Assembly (NCBI GenBank): GCA_951406725.2
Contig: OX597828.1
Span: forward strand, 28,086,001-28,150,000
Length of the DNA: 64,000 bases
Origin: Octopus vulgaris
Taxonomy: Eukaryota
Reading direction: 5' to 3'
The notes beneath the pieces were generated by a model. The model saw only the letters and a list, made by a program, of their open reading frames with translations. It made no database searches and was not told the DNA's origin. The position numbers were made by a program, and so were the translations under genes. Of this stretch, positions 29,176 to 43,264 are shown piece after piece; position 1 is the stretch's first letter, and every line of letters begins with the position of its first letter.

Positions 29176-29232
<57 letters not shown>

Positions 29233-29247
29233 GTGTGTATATATATA

Positions 29248-29285
<38 letters not shown>

Positions 29286-29544
29286 CGTATGCCTATCAAT
29301 CTATAGATATATGTATATATATATACCTATCAATCTATAGATATATATATGTATATATATATATATACCTATCTATCTATGTGTGTATACACACACACAT
29401 ATATATATGTATATATATTGATAGAAATGGTAAGATAACAAAAGAATGAAAGAGACCTCGATATTATGTAAATAGAGGAATTTACCTGTAAATATAATAT
29501 ATGACAATTATTCGTGAATAATTGTCACATATTATATTTATATG

Positions 29545-29583
<39 letters not shown>

Positions 29584-29652
29584 CAGAGTAAACACATAAA
29601 TGTGAAACTCAGAGTAACTGGTTTTGTTGAATTTTCTGCTGCTTTAAATAAA

Positions 29653-29724
<72 letters not shown>

Positions 29725-29825
29725 CTATATAGAGAAATTATGAGTTAGAGGTTATGCAACCGTCCAAAGGTTAAATGTATCTGCAGGCACTACTGGTGCA
29801 TTACCTAACTATTTGTTCTCTTATC

Positions 29826-29885
<60 letters not shown>

Positions 29886-30357
29886 GTGTGTATATATATG
29901 TATGTATATACATATATAGATTTGTATGTGTATATATATATATATGTATATATATTTATAGATATGTATATATATATTTATATGTATGTATTTATGTAAG
30001 TTTGTATGTATATATGTATATATATATGTATATATGTGTATATATATATATATATGTATTTATATGTACATATATGTATGTGTATATATATTTATATATA
30101 TACATATATATGTGTATGTATGCATATATACGAGAGGCTTCTTTCAGTTTCTATTTTCCAGATTCTCTCAAGGCTTTGGTGTGGCTTGGCTCATAGCTTA
30201 TAATAGAAACACGGTTGAGAAGCAAACTTGTTGGCCACACAGCTATGCCTTTGCTTGCACAACTAGCCTGCATACACACATGCAAGTGTATATTTATACA
30301 GTCAGACTGATAGGCATTACACTTATATTAAAGTATATGTTTGTGCACAAATACATA

Positions 30358-30397
<40 letters not shown>

Positions 30398-30423
30398 TAG
30401 ATATAGATATATATATATATATA

Positions 30424-30799
30424 CTCTTTTACTCTTTTACTTGAGCAACTCCTTTAATCGAGCAACTCGACCCCGGGACTTGTTCTTTTGTAAGCCCAGT
30501 ATTTATTCTATCGGTCTCTTTTGCCGAACTGCTAAGTGACGGGGACGTAAACACACCAGCATCGGTTGTCAAGCAATGCTAGGGGGACAAACACATACAC
30601 ACAGACACACACGCATATATATATATATATATATACGACGGGCTTCTTTTCAGTTTCCGTCTACCAAATCCACTCACAAGGCTTTGATCGGCCCGGGGCT
30701 ATAGTAGAAGACACTTGCCCAAGATGCCACGCAGTAGGACTGAACCTGGAACCATGTGGTTGGTAAACAAGCTACTTACCACACAGCCACTCCTGCGCC
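30424..30799 (-). mobile_element. SINE family A
   Basis: Reverse complement copy with a small deletion near the tail. Confidence 0.88.
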
Positions 30800-31155
30800 T
30801 ATATATGTATAATATATACAAATATATGTGTAATGTGTATATATACATGTATGTAGATATAATATATATATATATACATGCTTGTGTGTGTATGTGTGCA
30901 CTGTGCATCAGCTGGTATAAAGCCTTGTGCTCTGTGAGCACTTTCAGTCTATTATAAACTGAACATTTATTTCATCATTATCAGCAGCAGCAGTCTTCAT
31001 CATTCTGCTCCTTCTCCTTCTCCTCCTCCTCACCACCACCACCACCGCCAGCATGGCTACCACTACCAGCTGCCTGTTTTAATCAGATTATGTAATGAGT
31101 GACGTGATACTCTCCATCGTCCCATTGAATAAGGTGTGTATGGATATTAAATGTG

Positions 31156-31209
<54 letters not shown>

Positions 31210-31391
31210 ACACATCTTTTACTTGTTTCAGTCATTGGACTGTGTCCATGCTGCAGCACCATCTTGAGATATTTAGTCAAACAAATAGACGTCAGTACTT
31301 AGTTTTAAGCCTTGAATTCATTCTATCAGTTTCCTTTACCAGACTTCTAAGTGACAGGGATATAAACCAACACCAGTCACTATATATGCGG

Positions 31392-31526
31392 TGACTGCCA
31401 TGACACTGCATCCTTTAAGGCCCTCATGCTTTCCGAAATCCGCCGAAACTACACCTGATTATATATACACTTTAGATGAGTTGTAGTGCACCTGAGCACT
31501 GTACACAATTATTATTATTATTATTA
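31392..31526 (+). mobile_element. Probable LINE (CR1/L2-like) 3' terminus with (ATT)n tail
   Basis: Short GC-richer segment ending in a stem-loop (gtagtgc-acctga-gcactgt) followed by acacaattattattatt. Confidence 0.4.
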
Positions 31527-32918
31527 TGTGGTGGTTAGGTTAAACACAAACACACACACACACACACATATGATGTGTTTCTTCCAGTTTCCATCTACCA
31601 AAACCACTCGCAAGGCTATGGTGATCCCTGGACTGTAGTAGAAGACACTTGCCCAAGGTGCCACACAGTGAGACTGAACCCGGAACCATGTGGTTGGGGA
31701 GCAAGCTTTTATCCCCCAAACATACCTGCCCCTTCCAGCCTTGCCTTTCAGAGTTGCCCTTGTTTAGCAAGTGACTTCATTTGTGACTGTTGCTGAAACT
31801 GAAGCAGCCACTCAAGTGATTTAATTAGCTGTTAATTTCACTTTAAATCTACATCATGAGGCGACAAAATCTTCCTTCATACAACTGTGACCTGTGGTCA
31901 CTGACAAACTTCCTCTGTAACTACTTGCTGTTACCACTGTAATAATATTGACACTTCTTGAAATAAATTCAATTTAAAGAGAATTTAACAGCTGTGTATG
32001 TTATTAAAACAGCTAGAATAGACACACACACACACACTCATATATGTATATAAACACACATTCATACACATTACATACATACATATATATAATCATCATC
32101 ATTTAATGTCCATGCTTTCATGAGAGAGTATATTTGAGGCTGGTTTTTTTACAGCCAGATGCCTTCGCTGTTGCCAACTCTCGTCTGTTCCTGAGCCAAG
32201 TTATATTTCCCCATGCCCGAACATCTGCTCTCAGAATATAGGAAATTAATAATGACGTTGCCCGTACCACCAAACTGGCCCTCGTGCCGGTGGCACGTAA
32301 AAGCACCCACTACACTCTCGGAGTGGTTGGTGTTAAGGAAGGGCATCCAGCTGTAGAAACTCTGCCAGATCAGATTGGAGTCTGGTTCACCAGACCTCAG
32401 TCAAATCGTCCAACCCATGCTAGCATGGAAAGCAGACGTTAAACGATGCTGATGATGATGATGATGACACTGTTCGTATGACATTTACTTTGAAGTTTTG
32501 GCGCCAACCAGGAGATTCTGAAATCGCTGCTTAGCTGAAACTTCAAAGTAACTATCAACCATTTCCTTATAGAAATATAACAGATACATGATAATCTCCT
32601 GAAGGGTATTGAACAATCCATCATTATAATGTTTAACTCATTTTGTGGATAACTATCCATTAAAACAAACATTAATAAACATATTATGTTTACCAGATTT
32701 TTAACATAATTCTTTCTCGTTTTCCGTTATCATTCAAGAAATTTTATTAATAAAAATCTAATTAAGCTAAAGATAATATTATCTATGACTAATTCCTTTG
32801 TCAATCTTTCAACATTACAAGGAAACATACCAAAGATTAGCGCCAGTGTAAATATAACAACATTTGTAACTAGATTTCACAAATGTATTAAAGATTTTAG
32901 ATTACTCTTTTACTTTTT

Positions 32919-33317
32919 TCTCTTTTACTTGTTTCAGTCATTTGACTGCGGCCATGCTGGAGCACTGCCTTTTAGTCGAGCAAATCGACCCCGGGACTTA
33001 TTCTTTGTAAGCCCAGTACTTATTCTATCGGTCTCTTTTACCGAACCGCTAAGTGACGGGGATGTAAACACACCAGCATCGGTTGTCAAGCAATGCTAGG
33101 GGGACAAACACAGACACACAAACACACACACATATGTATATATATACATATATACGACGGGCTTCTTTCAGTTTCCGTCTACCAAATCCACTCACAAGGC
33201 ATTGGTCGGCCCGGGGCTATAGCAGAAGACACTTGCCCAAGATGCCCCGCAGTGGGACTGAACCCGGAACCATGTGGTTGCTTAGCAAGCTACTTACCAC
33301 ACAGCCACTCCTGCACC
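32919..33317 (-). mobile_element. SINE family A
   Basis: Reverse complement copy, CpG-rich. Confidence 0.9.
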
Positions 33318-35769
33318 TAGATTAAACATATATCTTTGTCTTTTTTTTCTTTTCTCTTGCTTCAGTCTTTGGACTGTGACCATGCTGGAGCAATACCTTA
33401 AAAGGTTTTATTCAAACAACTTCACCCCAGGACTTGCTTTTTTTTTAAAGTTTGCTACTTACTCTGTTGTTAACGTAAGCTGAACTTCTAAGTTACAGGG
33501 ACATAAACAAACCAACACAAGTTTGTGAGGAACAAACACAAACATTCATGCACACACACACACATTTCTCTATAACAACATGCTGCTTTGAGTTTTCACC
33601 AAATCCACTGAGAAGGTTTCGGTCAACTCAGGGCTGTTGTAGAAGACACTTGTCCAAACTGTCATGTAGTGAGATTGAACCGGGAACCCATTGATATGGA
33701 ACCAAGCTTCTTAACCATACAGCTACGCCTGAACCTATCTTTGATGTTTTTTTATTATGATTTATGCTACTTTTTTTAAGATGTAATATTTTTTTTTTGT
33801 TGAAACATATTGATTTCAAAGTAGATTAGCATTTCAATATGGTCTTCTACTTATATTGTATTAGTCAACCTGCAGCTGGTAGAAGAGACTTGCTCAAGGT
33901 ACCACACTGTGGAATTGAAACCAGTACCATGTAGTTGTGAAATATGTTTATTTAACCATGCACCCATACTTACAACAGAACTCTAACTTGTTAGGATAGT
34001 TGAATTTATTTTTTATCATTTACTTATTTCATTCATTGGACTGTGGCAATGTTGGGGCATTGTTTTGAAGGACTTTGTAAAAAAAAAATTGCCCCAATAT
34101 TAATTTCCTTAAATTTGGAATTCTATCAGTTTCTTTTGCCGAACCACTAAGTTACAGGGATGTATACAAACCAACACCAGTTGTCAAGAAGTAGAGAAGT
34201 ACAAACTCAAAGCCACTCACATGTACACACACACACACACACACAAACACATACACACACACAAACACATACACACACACAAATAAGATATGCATCAGGT
34301 TTCCACACAGTTTCCATCTACCAAACTCACTCACATAGCATTGGTTGACCTGGGTCTATAGTAGAAGACACTTGCCTGAGGTGCTGCACAGGGGGACTGA
34401 ACCCCAAACCACACCAGGGATATAGCAAAAGACACTTGCTGAAGGTGCCAAGCTGTTGGATTAAACCCCTGAACCATGTGGTTGCAAAACGAGATTCTTA
34501 ACCATTTTTACCGAATTCTTCTCTTCAATTATTTCTTGGCCATTTGAAAGCTATTTCTCATAGTTTCTTCAATCTTGAAAAAAAAAACTAATAACACAGT
34601 CTTAGATTATTAATAATACAGGAATAAAACACACATGATTGGGAAGATAAAGTCTTTGGAGAAATGGAAATAACAGTGTATATTTCTTTACATCCATTTG
34701 TATGTGGTAGCAATTAGATACAAAACAGAGAGTTGAACATATACATGTGTCTTCACAAAATTGCTTCATCTCTTTAGTAAATGTTGAGTTTATTAGTGAA
34801 ACGGAATTGAAGATACCATAGAAACATTGCTGTGATTATGGCTTAAGGCACTTAAGGTAGAGCTAATGTATTCCTTAAGGGGAGTCTGAGATATTTGCCA
34901 AAATTAAAGTTGCTTCTTGTTCTTCTGCAAGCTTGATATAAGGTTGTACTAGAGCGGAGTTCCATGACTACCTCTTCAGACTGGCAGATTCCCTGTTGGT
35001 CTCGATAATGAAGCATATAGTTGTTTGACCAACTGAATTAGTCTTATTCATGAAATTAATGTGTGATTGAAGAGTCAGCCAATATTTGTCCCTTTAATGG
35101 AATTTTTAGGCTGCATCGCCATATTAAGATGTCTAACAGTTGGACCTTCAAATGGCAGAGCAAAAGCTGAGAGAGAGAGAGGGGGAACTAGCCAGAGTAA
35201 TTGACTGGGTATTTCATTTATGAATCCCAAAAGGATGAAAGACAGAGTTGGTCTCAGTAGGATTTGAACTCAGATTGCAAGGATCCAGAATAAATATGAC
35301 AAAGTATTCTATCCAACAGTTATGATTCTGCCATTTCACTGTACCATTTTCGGGGCACAGTTACTTCAATCTAGTGAAGAAGCAAATAAACATATTAGAG
35401 TCTTTTCTATAAATCTGTCTTACGGTCCTCCATATATCTCTTCTTCTAACTTTTATGCAGTGCTTTTAGGTCATAGATTCTGAAGAGAAACGGGGAGAGA
35501 GAGAAAGAAAGGGAGATGTGAGTAATCACACACACACACATATTATCTTCTATTTTTTTTACTTGTTTCAGTCGTTGGACTTGAGCCTTGCTGGAGCCCT
35601 GCTTTGAAGGGTCTTGTTGAACAAATCAACCTCAGTACTTATTCTGTCAGTCACTGTTGCCAAACCACAAAGTCAGATGGACATAAACAAACCAATACTT
35701 GTTATCAAGCAATGGAGGACAGAAAGACACAGACATCCATATAAGAAAATATATACTCTTTACTCTTTT

Positions 35770-36177
35770 TCTCTTTTACTTGTTTCAGTCATTTGACTGC
35801 GGCCATGCTGGAGCACCGCCTTTAGTCGAGCAAATCAACCCCGGGACTTATTCTTTGTAAGCCCAGTACTTATTCTATCGTTCTCTCTTGCCGAACCGCT
35901 AAGTGACGGGGACGTAAACACACCAGCATCGGTTGTCAAGCAATGCTTGGGGGACAAACACAGACACACAAACACACACAAACATACATATATATATATA
36001 TATATACATATATACGACAGGCTTCTTTCAGTTTCCATCTACCAAATCCACTCACAAGGCATTGGTCGGCCCGGGGCTATAGCAGAAGACACTTGCCCAA
36101 GATGCCACGCTGTGGGACTGAACCCAGAACCATGTGGTTGGTTAGCAAGCTACTTACCACACAGCCACTCCTGTGCC
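35770..36177 (-). mobile_element. SINE family A
   Basis: Reverse complement copy. Confidence 0.9.
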
Positions 36178-36216
36178 TATATATATATATATTATTCTTA
36201 AACAATAATGTTGTTG

Positions 36217-36261
36217 ACAGTGACTTCGAAGTTTCAGCCAGCAAAGCCATCATTGGACTGT
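36217..36261 (-). ncRNA. Degenerate hammerhead in the 3' region of a Penelope-like element
   Basis: Reverse complement: acagt-CCAATGA-tggctttgctggct-GAAA-cttcgaag-TC-actgt. Stem I acagt/actgt, perfect palindromic stem III, GUC site. Same strand as, and downstream of, the GIY-YIG fragment. Confidence 0.6.
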
Positions 36262-36402
36262 GATACATTAGTTTTGTCTTTATAGAGTCTCTCTTGAGTT
36301 AAAATCCTCTTTGGGTGTGTGGGTCTGAGTGGGGTGGTAATTAAATGTTTATGCTTGGTTGTCGTGGAAATGTGTCTTGGAAAAATTTTCATTGATTAAA
36401 TT

Positions 36403-36930
36403 TTAGGTTATGTTATTGTTAGAGCAGGTTAGTGCATATATCAGGTTCTCCGAAGAACATGTGAAGTTGCTTTTCACTGTGAAACGTTGTCCCTGTTTGA
36501 AGGAGAACTCCGATCCCTCAATTAAATTGACGCATATCCCACATTTGGGTCTTCTGCATTTTTTAACTGACAGCTTCTGTGTTGTTGTTGAGCATATTCG
36601 GACTTGTGTTAGGAGACTTTTCATAGATTTGGGCTGTCTCTTGCTTTTTATGATGGTGTGTGTTTGGAGGATTAAGTTAATTCTGTGGTCCATTTTTTAG
36701 CAGGGGAGTGTTTTGAAGGATGGTGTCGAAGGCTTCATTGTTAAGAGGGTTGTGTGTGGAGATGTATGGTAGGGCTTTTGGTTGTAAATCTTTTTTAATT
36801 TGGGATGTCTGAGTTCGTGGATGTTGAATTGTAGGGCACGTTGAAAGCATATGTCAATTAGTGAAGGTGGGTAGTTCCTGGTGATGAGCGTATCCTTTAG
36901 TTCATGTCGTCGTGTGTCCCTGGGAGGGGA
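36403..36930 (-). mobile_element. Penelope-like retroelement fragment (RT C-terminus, Cys-rich linker, start of GIY-YIG endonuclease), frameshifted
   Basis: ORFs give ELKDTLITRNYPPSLID (PLE post-RT helix), KRQPKSMKSLLT, KKCRRPKCGIC and FTCSSENLIYALTC (GIY-YIG start). The Cys-rich linker suggests the Neptune group. Confidence 0.85.
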
Positions 36931-37029
36931 GAAGAGAGTGGAAACATTCTTAAAAGTTTGAGGGAGAGTAACGGATGACCCAGTCAACCCTTTTACATTG
37001 ATTAATTGCCTGATGTATACCTAGCTGGA

Positions 37030-37414
37030 GTGGAGGCGCAATGGCCCAGTGGTTAGGGCAGCGGACTCACGGTCATAGGATCGCGGTTTCAATTCCCAGA
37101 CCGGGCGTTGTGAGTGTTTATTGAGCGAAAACACCTAAAAGCTGCACGAGGCTCCGGCAGGGGATGGTGGTGATCCCTCCTGTACTCTTTCACCACAACT
37201 TTCTTTCACTCTTACTTCCTGTTTCTGTTGTACCTGTATTTCAAGGGGCCGGCCTTGTCACTCTCTGTGTCATGCTGAATATCCCCGAGAACTACGTTAA
37301 GGGTGCACGTGTCTGTGGAGTGCTCAGCCACTTACACGTTAATTTCACGAGCAGGCTGTTCCGTTGATTCAGATCAACCCGAACCCTTATCGTCGTAACC
37401 GACGGAGTGCTTCC
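37030..37414 (+). mobile_element. Full-length tRNA-derived SINE family C
   Basis: A box tggcccagtgg, B box ggtttcaattcc; CpG-rich (young); 11-bp TSD acctagctgga (37019-37029, 37415-37425). Confidence 0.9.
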
Positions 37415-39548
37415 ACCTAGCTGGAAAAACTCAACTCAAATTCTTAATTTAATTGGTATGTAAAAGTGCTGGGTGCAGCATTAAACTGCATCCAGTGTTG
37501 AGGCTCAAGTTCTGGAGCTGTGGGGGAGTGCGGAGTCATTCCTTAATTAACACTTCTGTCCTGTCAATTGTAACCTGGAAAGGTAACACCTGTTAGGGTC
37601 CCGTCAAGGGGCTAAATAGAATTTTGTAAGGGTAGATGGTGCTGCATAGCTGTGGTGAAAGTAATCAATCTAAAAGAGGGAAAATTCGAAAATTGATATC
37701 CTCTTCCAACATGCTCAAAGCAAGCATAGAAGAGTATGGCTGATGGAATAAACATGAGGTATGTCCAATAACATGGATTCATAGTAGAGAGACAACAATC
37801 TCATGTTGTTGTGCATTCTGCTGCAGGTGGAGAAAATGGTAAATGGAAAGTAAATGATTCTTGCATTGGTTTCAAACAACTCAACTAACAACACATTGAA
37901 TTAGTGTGCAAGTGGCTGAGTACTCCACAGACACTTAAACCCTTAATTTAACTCTCAGGTGGGATCCACGTGATAGAGTCAGTGAAAAAATATTATCCAT
38001 CCAGAAGATCTTCCTCACAGTTTGTATTGAAGCAGTTTCTCACTGAAGTCTTGTGGCAACAAATATATATATATACAAAGATATATGCACACACACGTGC
38101 ATGCACGCACACACCTGCACAACACACACACACATGCATACACACACACATTCATACACACACACATGCATACACACACACATGCATGCACACCCATACA
38201 CATATATGATAGAAGAGAAAATAAGGAAGTCTGCAGCAAAATTATTCATCAAGAGAAAAGTGATTGATACCTTTAAGGTAAATTGGGAAAAGAAACCCGA
38301 TTAGTAACGAACTTGTAAAAGTTCAACAGTGAAAAGAAATTTTGAGTAGAGTTAGATTCGACAAGACTTAAACGAGACTAATAAATACAGCAAAGGTGAA
38401 ACACCTAACAACCTGTTAACTGGGCCAGCCAGCCAGCCACCTATTAAAGAGTCAGCTCAAGAGAAGGGGCTAGTTTTAAAGTAGTATGTTTGGGGGGTTT
38501 ATTACAAACGAAAACAAGAGAAAAGAGAATATATAAAAAAACAAAAAAAACAAAAGCCAAGCAAACAACAAACTATTGTTGCCAGCTTGTACTAGTTCTC
38601 CCCTGGCTTGCTATTGTTCCATGTCAAAAGCATCATTATTTTCATCACGCTTGGTAAATAAAGGATGTCGTAGTGCATCAGTACAACTCTCCTGGCTGAA
38701 TCACAAATGATGTGTAGACCTGCAAGGCCACACCTGCAGAGCTAAAAGCTCCATTTGTTTCCTCCTCCTCCTCCTCTTCTTTCTTTCTTCTTTCTCTCAT
38801 CCTCCTTTCCTCTTTTCATACTTCCTCTTCTCTCTCATCTCTTTCCTCTCTTTCTTACTCCCTCCCTACTTTGCACTCTTTGTTAGCAATGTTGACACCT
38901 CCCTATTATTATACAACGCTTTGCACTTTATTTTACTCATTCTTTGCTCTCTGTCTCTCTCTCTCTCTTTTTCCATCTCATTTTGGTACCCTTTTATTTA
39001 CACTCATTTTACTCTAACCCTTCCATACACATATGCATAGTTACATACATAGATACCTTTTACACTCACTTCAACATAGAGCTACACGCAGTTATTCTTA
39101 GTCATATGTACATATGTATAACAACTCGTATACACAGACTGACAATGTTATTTTACCTACCAAGTACAGCGTTTTTGTTCGTTTCTACTCTACTTTCACT
39201 TTCATTTTCACTCTTACTCTTTCCTTCTCTCCCTCCTCCTCTCATTGTGCAACCAGCTACAACTTTCTGACTCAACACTATACAACCATTATTTCTTTAT
39301 TGTTTTCACAACTGTTGCTGTAATTCTTTCCCACCATTGCCTGTTGCCATAGTAGTCCCTTATTCAAGAAGCAACTAAAACAGAATGCTTATCTACACAC
39401 ACACACACACATACATATATATTTATATATACACACACACACATGCGCATTTACATAAAATAATATCTTTTACCGTTTACATGTTTCAGTCATTGGATTG
39501 CAACCATGCTGGGACATTGCCTGGAAGAGTGTTAGTCAAACAAATCCA

Positions 39549-39940
39549 CTTACTTGTTTCAGTCATTTGACTGCGGCCATGCTGGAGCACCACCTTTAGT
39601 CGAGCAAATCGACCCTGGGACTTATTCTTTGTAAGCCCAGTACTTATTCTATCGGTCACTTTTTGCCGAACCGCTAAGTGACGGGGACGTAAACACATCA
39701 GCATCGGTTGTCAAGCAATACTAGGGGGACAAACACAGACACACAAACACACATACATATATATATATACATATATACAACAGGCTTCTTTCAGTTTCCG
39801 TCTACCAAATCCACTCACAAGGCATTGGTCGGCCCGAGTCTATAGCAGAAGACACTTGCCCAAGATGCCACGCAGTGGGACTGAACCCGGAACCATGAGG
39901 TTGGTTAGCAAGCTACTTACCACACAGCCACTCCTGCGCC
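39549..39940 (-). mobile_element. SINE family A nested in an older family A copy
   Basis: Young copy interrupts a diverged copy spanning about 39465-40190. Confidence 0.85.
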
Positions 39941-40823
39941 ACTTCAGTTGTTATTTTTTAAAGTCTGCTCGGCACTTTTTCTGTCAATCTGTTTTACCAA
40001 ACCAGCAATTCACTGGGCCATAAACAAACCAAGCATAATATATATGATAATCTTCTTTTGGCTTCAATCTAACAAATCTACTCACAAGGCTTTGATTAGC
40101 TCAAGGCTATGGTAGAAGATTCTGCTATGGCCAAAGTGCCATTGCAATGAGATTCAATCTAAAACCATGTGGCTACAAAGATGTTTTTACATAGACATCC
40201 CTCTCTCCCTCTCAATAACCCCAGTGTAATACTGGTACTTAGTCTACTGACCACAAAAGGTTGAAAGGTGAAGTAGACCCTGACTGCATTTAAACTCAGA
40301 ATGTAAAGATGGATGAAAGACCTCTAAATATTTTGTCTGGGATGCTAACGATTCTGCCAGCTTAGCACGTCAATAATAATAATAATAATAATAATAATGA
40401 TAATAATGGTTTCAAATTTTGGCACAAGGCTTGAACTTTCGTGGGAGAGGAGTAATCAATTACATCAACACCAGTTTCTCACTGGTACTTAATTTATCGA
40501 CCCTGAGAGGATGAAAGGCAAAGTCCACCTCAGTGGAATAATAATGATTATAATATTAATAATAATAATATAATGATAATAATAATAATAATAATAATGA
40601 TTTCTAATTTTGGTAGAAGACTAGCAATTTCAGGAAAGGGGTTAAGTCAACAATTACATCGACCCCAGTGTAAAACTGGTACTGATTTTGTTGACTTCAA
40701 AAGGATGAAAAGCAAATTCAAGAATTTGAACTTAAAACAAAAAGATGAATGAAAAGCCACAAAGCATTTTGTACCGGATGCTAATGATTTTGCCAGCTCA
40801 CCACCTTAAAAGATAATAATAAT

Positions 40824-40856
<33 letters not shown>

Positions 40857-42031
40857 TATAATATGCCTAACTTTATTACCTGTATTCTTTCTATGTATTT
40901 TTGTTGATACCTGAAACTCTTTTATGAGTTCCAATATCCTCTTTTAATCTTTCTCTCTCTCCTCTCTCTCCTTCCTCTTCTTTCTCTCTTTTTTTCTCTC
41001 TCACTTTACATTCCATCTTGTTATATTTCTCCCTCACCTGATCTATTGTGACCATCTCTCCCCCACCACCACTGTCTCTCTCTCTATTTCTCTCCGCACC
41101 CACCGACACTCACTCCAGTTCATATTTCAAGTTCTCAGCTGTTATATTTACCTGGGGGATTCGATGCAGGTTGGGACCTGTAATGTCCCCAAGCCAGCTT
41201 TGGCCTTACAAAAACTGTCACACCCCATTTAACCTGAACTGCATAATGTAATCAAGAACAGAGAGAAGCAAAAAAAAAAAAAGGAAAGGGGGAAAAAAAA
41301 AGGTAATTGCGTATGTATATGTGTGTACAAGTGTGTGAGTGATGCATACGTGTGTGCAGGTGTGTGTAAGTGTAAATGTGAGTGCAAAAGTGTGTGTGTG
41401 AAAGAGCATTAAAAACAGAGCAAAGATGATGATGGTGGGGTGGGTTGGGTTAGGGATTTGGGGGTGGGGTGGGTTAGGGAGTTGGGGGTGGGGTTGAGGG
41501 TGAGAGGTGATAATAGAAGAAATAGCTTTAAATGAGGAAAGGACTCGGAGAGCAGCGTAAGAGAAACGCAAGGTGTGTGTGTGGGAGGGAAGGACTGACA
41601 CATTAGCTAAGGTTGATGTGTGTGAAACACCAGGAAATAACCAAAGCAAAGGTTTATTGTTGTGCACTGCCACTAGTTTACGACCATAAGCTCTGAGCAA
41701 AGTTTTATTTTTTTTGTCTGTTTTTTTTTTGGTTTGCTTGTTGTTTTTTTTGTTGTTGTTTTTTTGTTATGTTTATGCCTGTGGGATGCTGGTGCAGCCA
41801 CTGCGACGCTCGCGCACTAACACGTGCCTTCATTATTGGACAAAAGAGTTTATCCATGAAAAGTCATGCTATCTCATTAAGCCAGACCGGCTCTCGAACA
41901 AAAGAGGTAAACAATAAATAAGCTTTTTGCTTCTCTGTCAGAAGGAAACTAAGTGAATCAACAACAACAACAACAACAACAGTAAAAATGATTTCAGCAC
42001 TACAACCAATACCACCAACACTACTAAGTAA

Positions 42032-42062
42032 TAGTGGTGGTGGTGGTGGTAGTAGTAGTAGT

Positions 42063-42142
<80 letters not shown>

Positions 42143-42215
42143 GAGCAGTAGTAGTAGTGGTGGTGGTGGTGGTGGTGGTAGTAGTAGCAGTAGTAGTAGC
42201 AGTAGTAGTAGTAGC

Positions 42216-42265
<50 letters not shown>

Positions 42266-42320
42266 CAGCAGTAGTAGTAGCAGTAGTAGCAGTAGTAGCA
42301 GTAGTAGTAGTAGTAGTAGC

Positions 42321-42361
<41 letters not shown>

Positions 42362-42408
42362 CAGTAGTAGTAGTAGAAGCAGCAGCAACAGTAGTAGTAG
42401 TAGTAGTG
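42032..42408. repeat. Compound (AGT)n/(AGC)n/(GGT)n trinucleotide microsatellite
   Basis: Direct reading; source of the poly-S, poly-V and poly-L ORFs. Confidence 0.97.
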
Positions 42409-42934
42409 ACGCAAATACTATACCTACTATAACAGATGGTACAGCTCTACTTTGTGTTTTTTTTTTAGACCATAAATAGATGTAAGTTGTAAGGACACAC
42501 ATTTACATGGCTTAACTTTTGGAAAAAAAAACAAAACAATAGTGTTTGCTGATGCAATGTGTAAGCTGAAAGTGTACTTCACTTAATTACAGTATATTAA
42601 AACTGATGGATGTGTGTGTGTGCGTGTGTGTGAGTGTGTTATTAATCTGTGGAAGAACTTGAGAGTTTCGTGCATTGGCACTTATCAATAAATGGCAATG
42701 CATTTTGGCCCTTGAGTCACTTTGTAACTTTGGCCAATTAATAATAAAAAAAAAACACATATAAAAGTTTTGGGGGCTTTTTTTTTCTCTTCTTTATATC
42801 ACCAAACCTGTGACCGATAGAATAAGTACTGGGCTTACAAAGAATAAGTCCCGGGGTCGATTTGCTCGACTAAAAGGCGGTGCTCCAGCATGGCCGCAGT
42901 CAAATGACTGAAGCAAGTAAAAGAGTAAGAGAGT

Positions 42935-42999
42935 ATATGTATATATGTGTGTATATGTATATGTGTATATATGTATATATATGTGTATATTGATATATG

Positions 43000-43078
<79 letters not shown>

Positions 43079-43133
43079 CATATATATATATACATACATA
43101 TATATATATACATACATATATATATATACATAC

Positions 43134-43211
<78 letters not shown>

Positions 43212-43214
43212 CAT

Positions 43215-43264
<50 letters not shown>

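Noticed and set aside
37030-37105. tRNA gene
   Set aside because: A/B boxes belong to a SINE head followed by a SINE body and flanked by a TSD; no complete cloverleaf.
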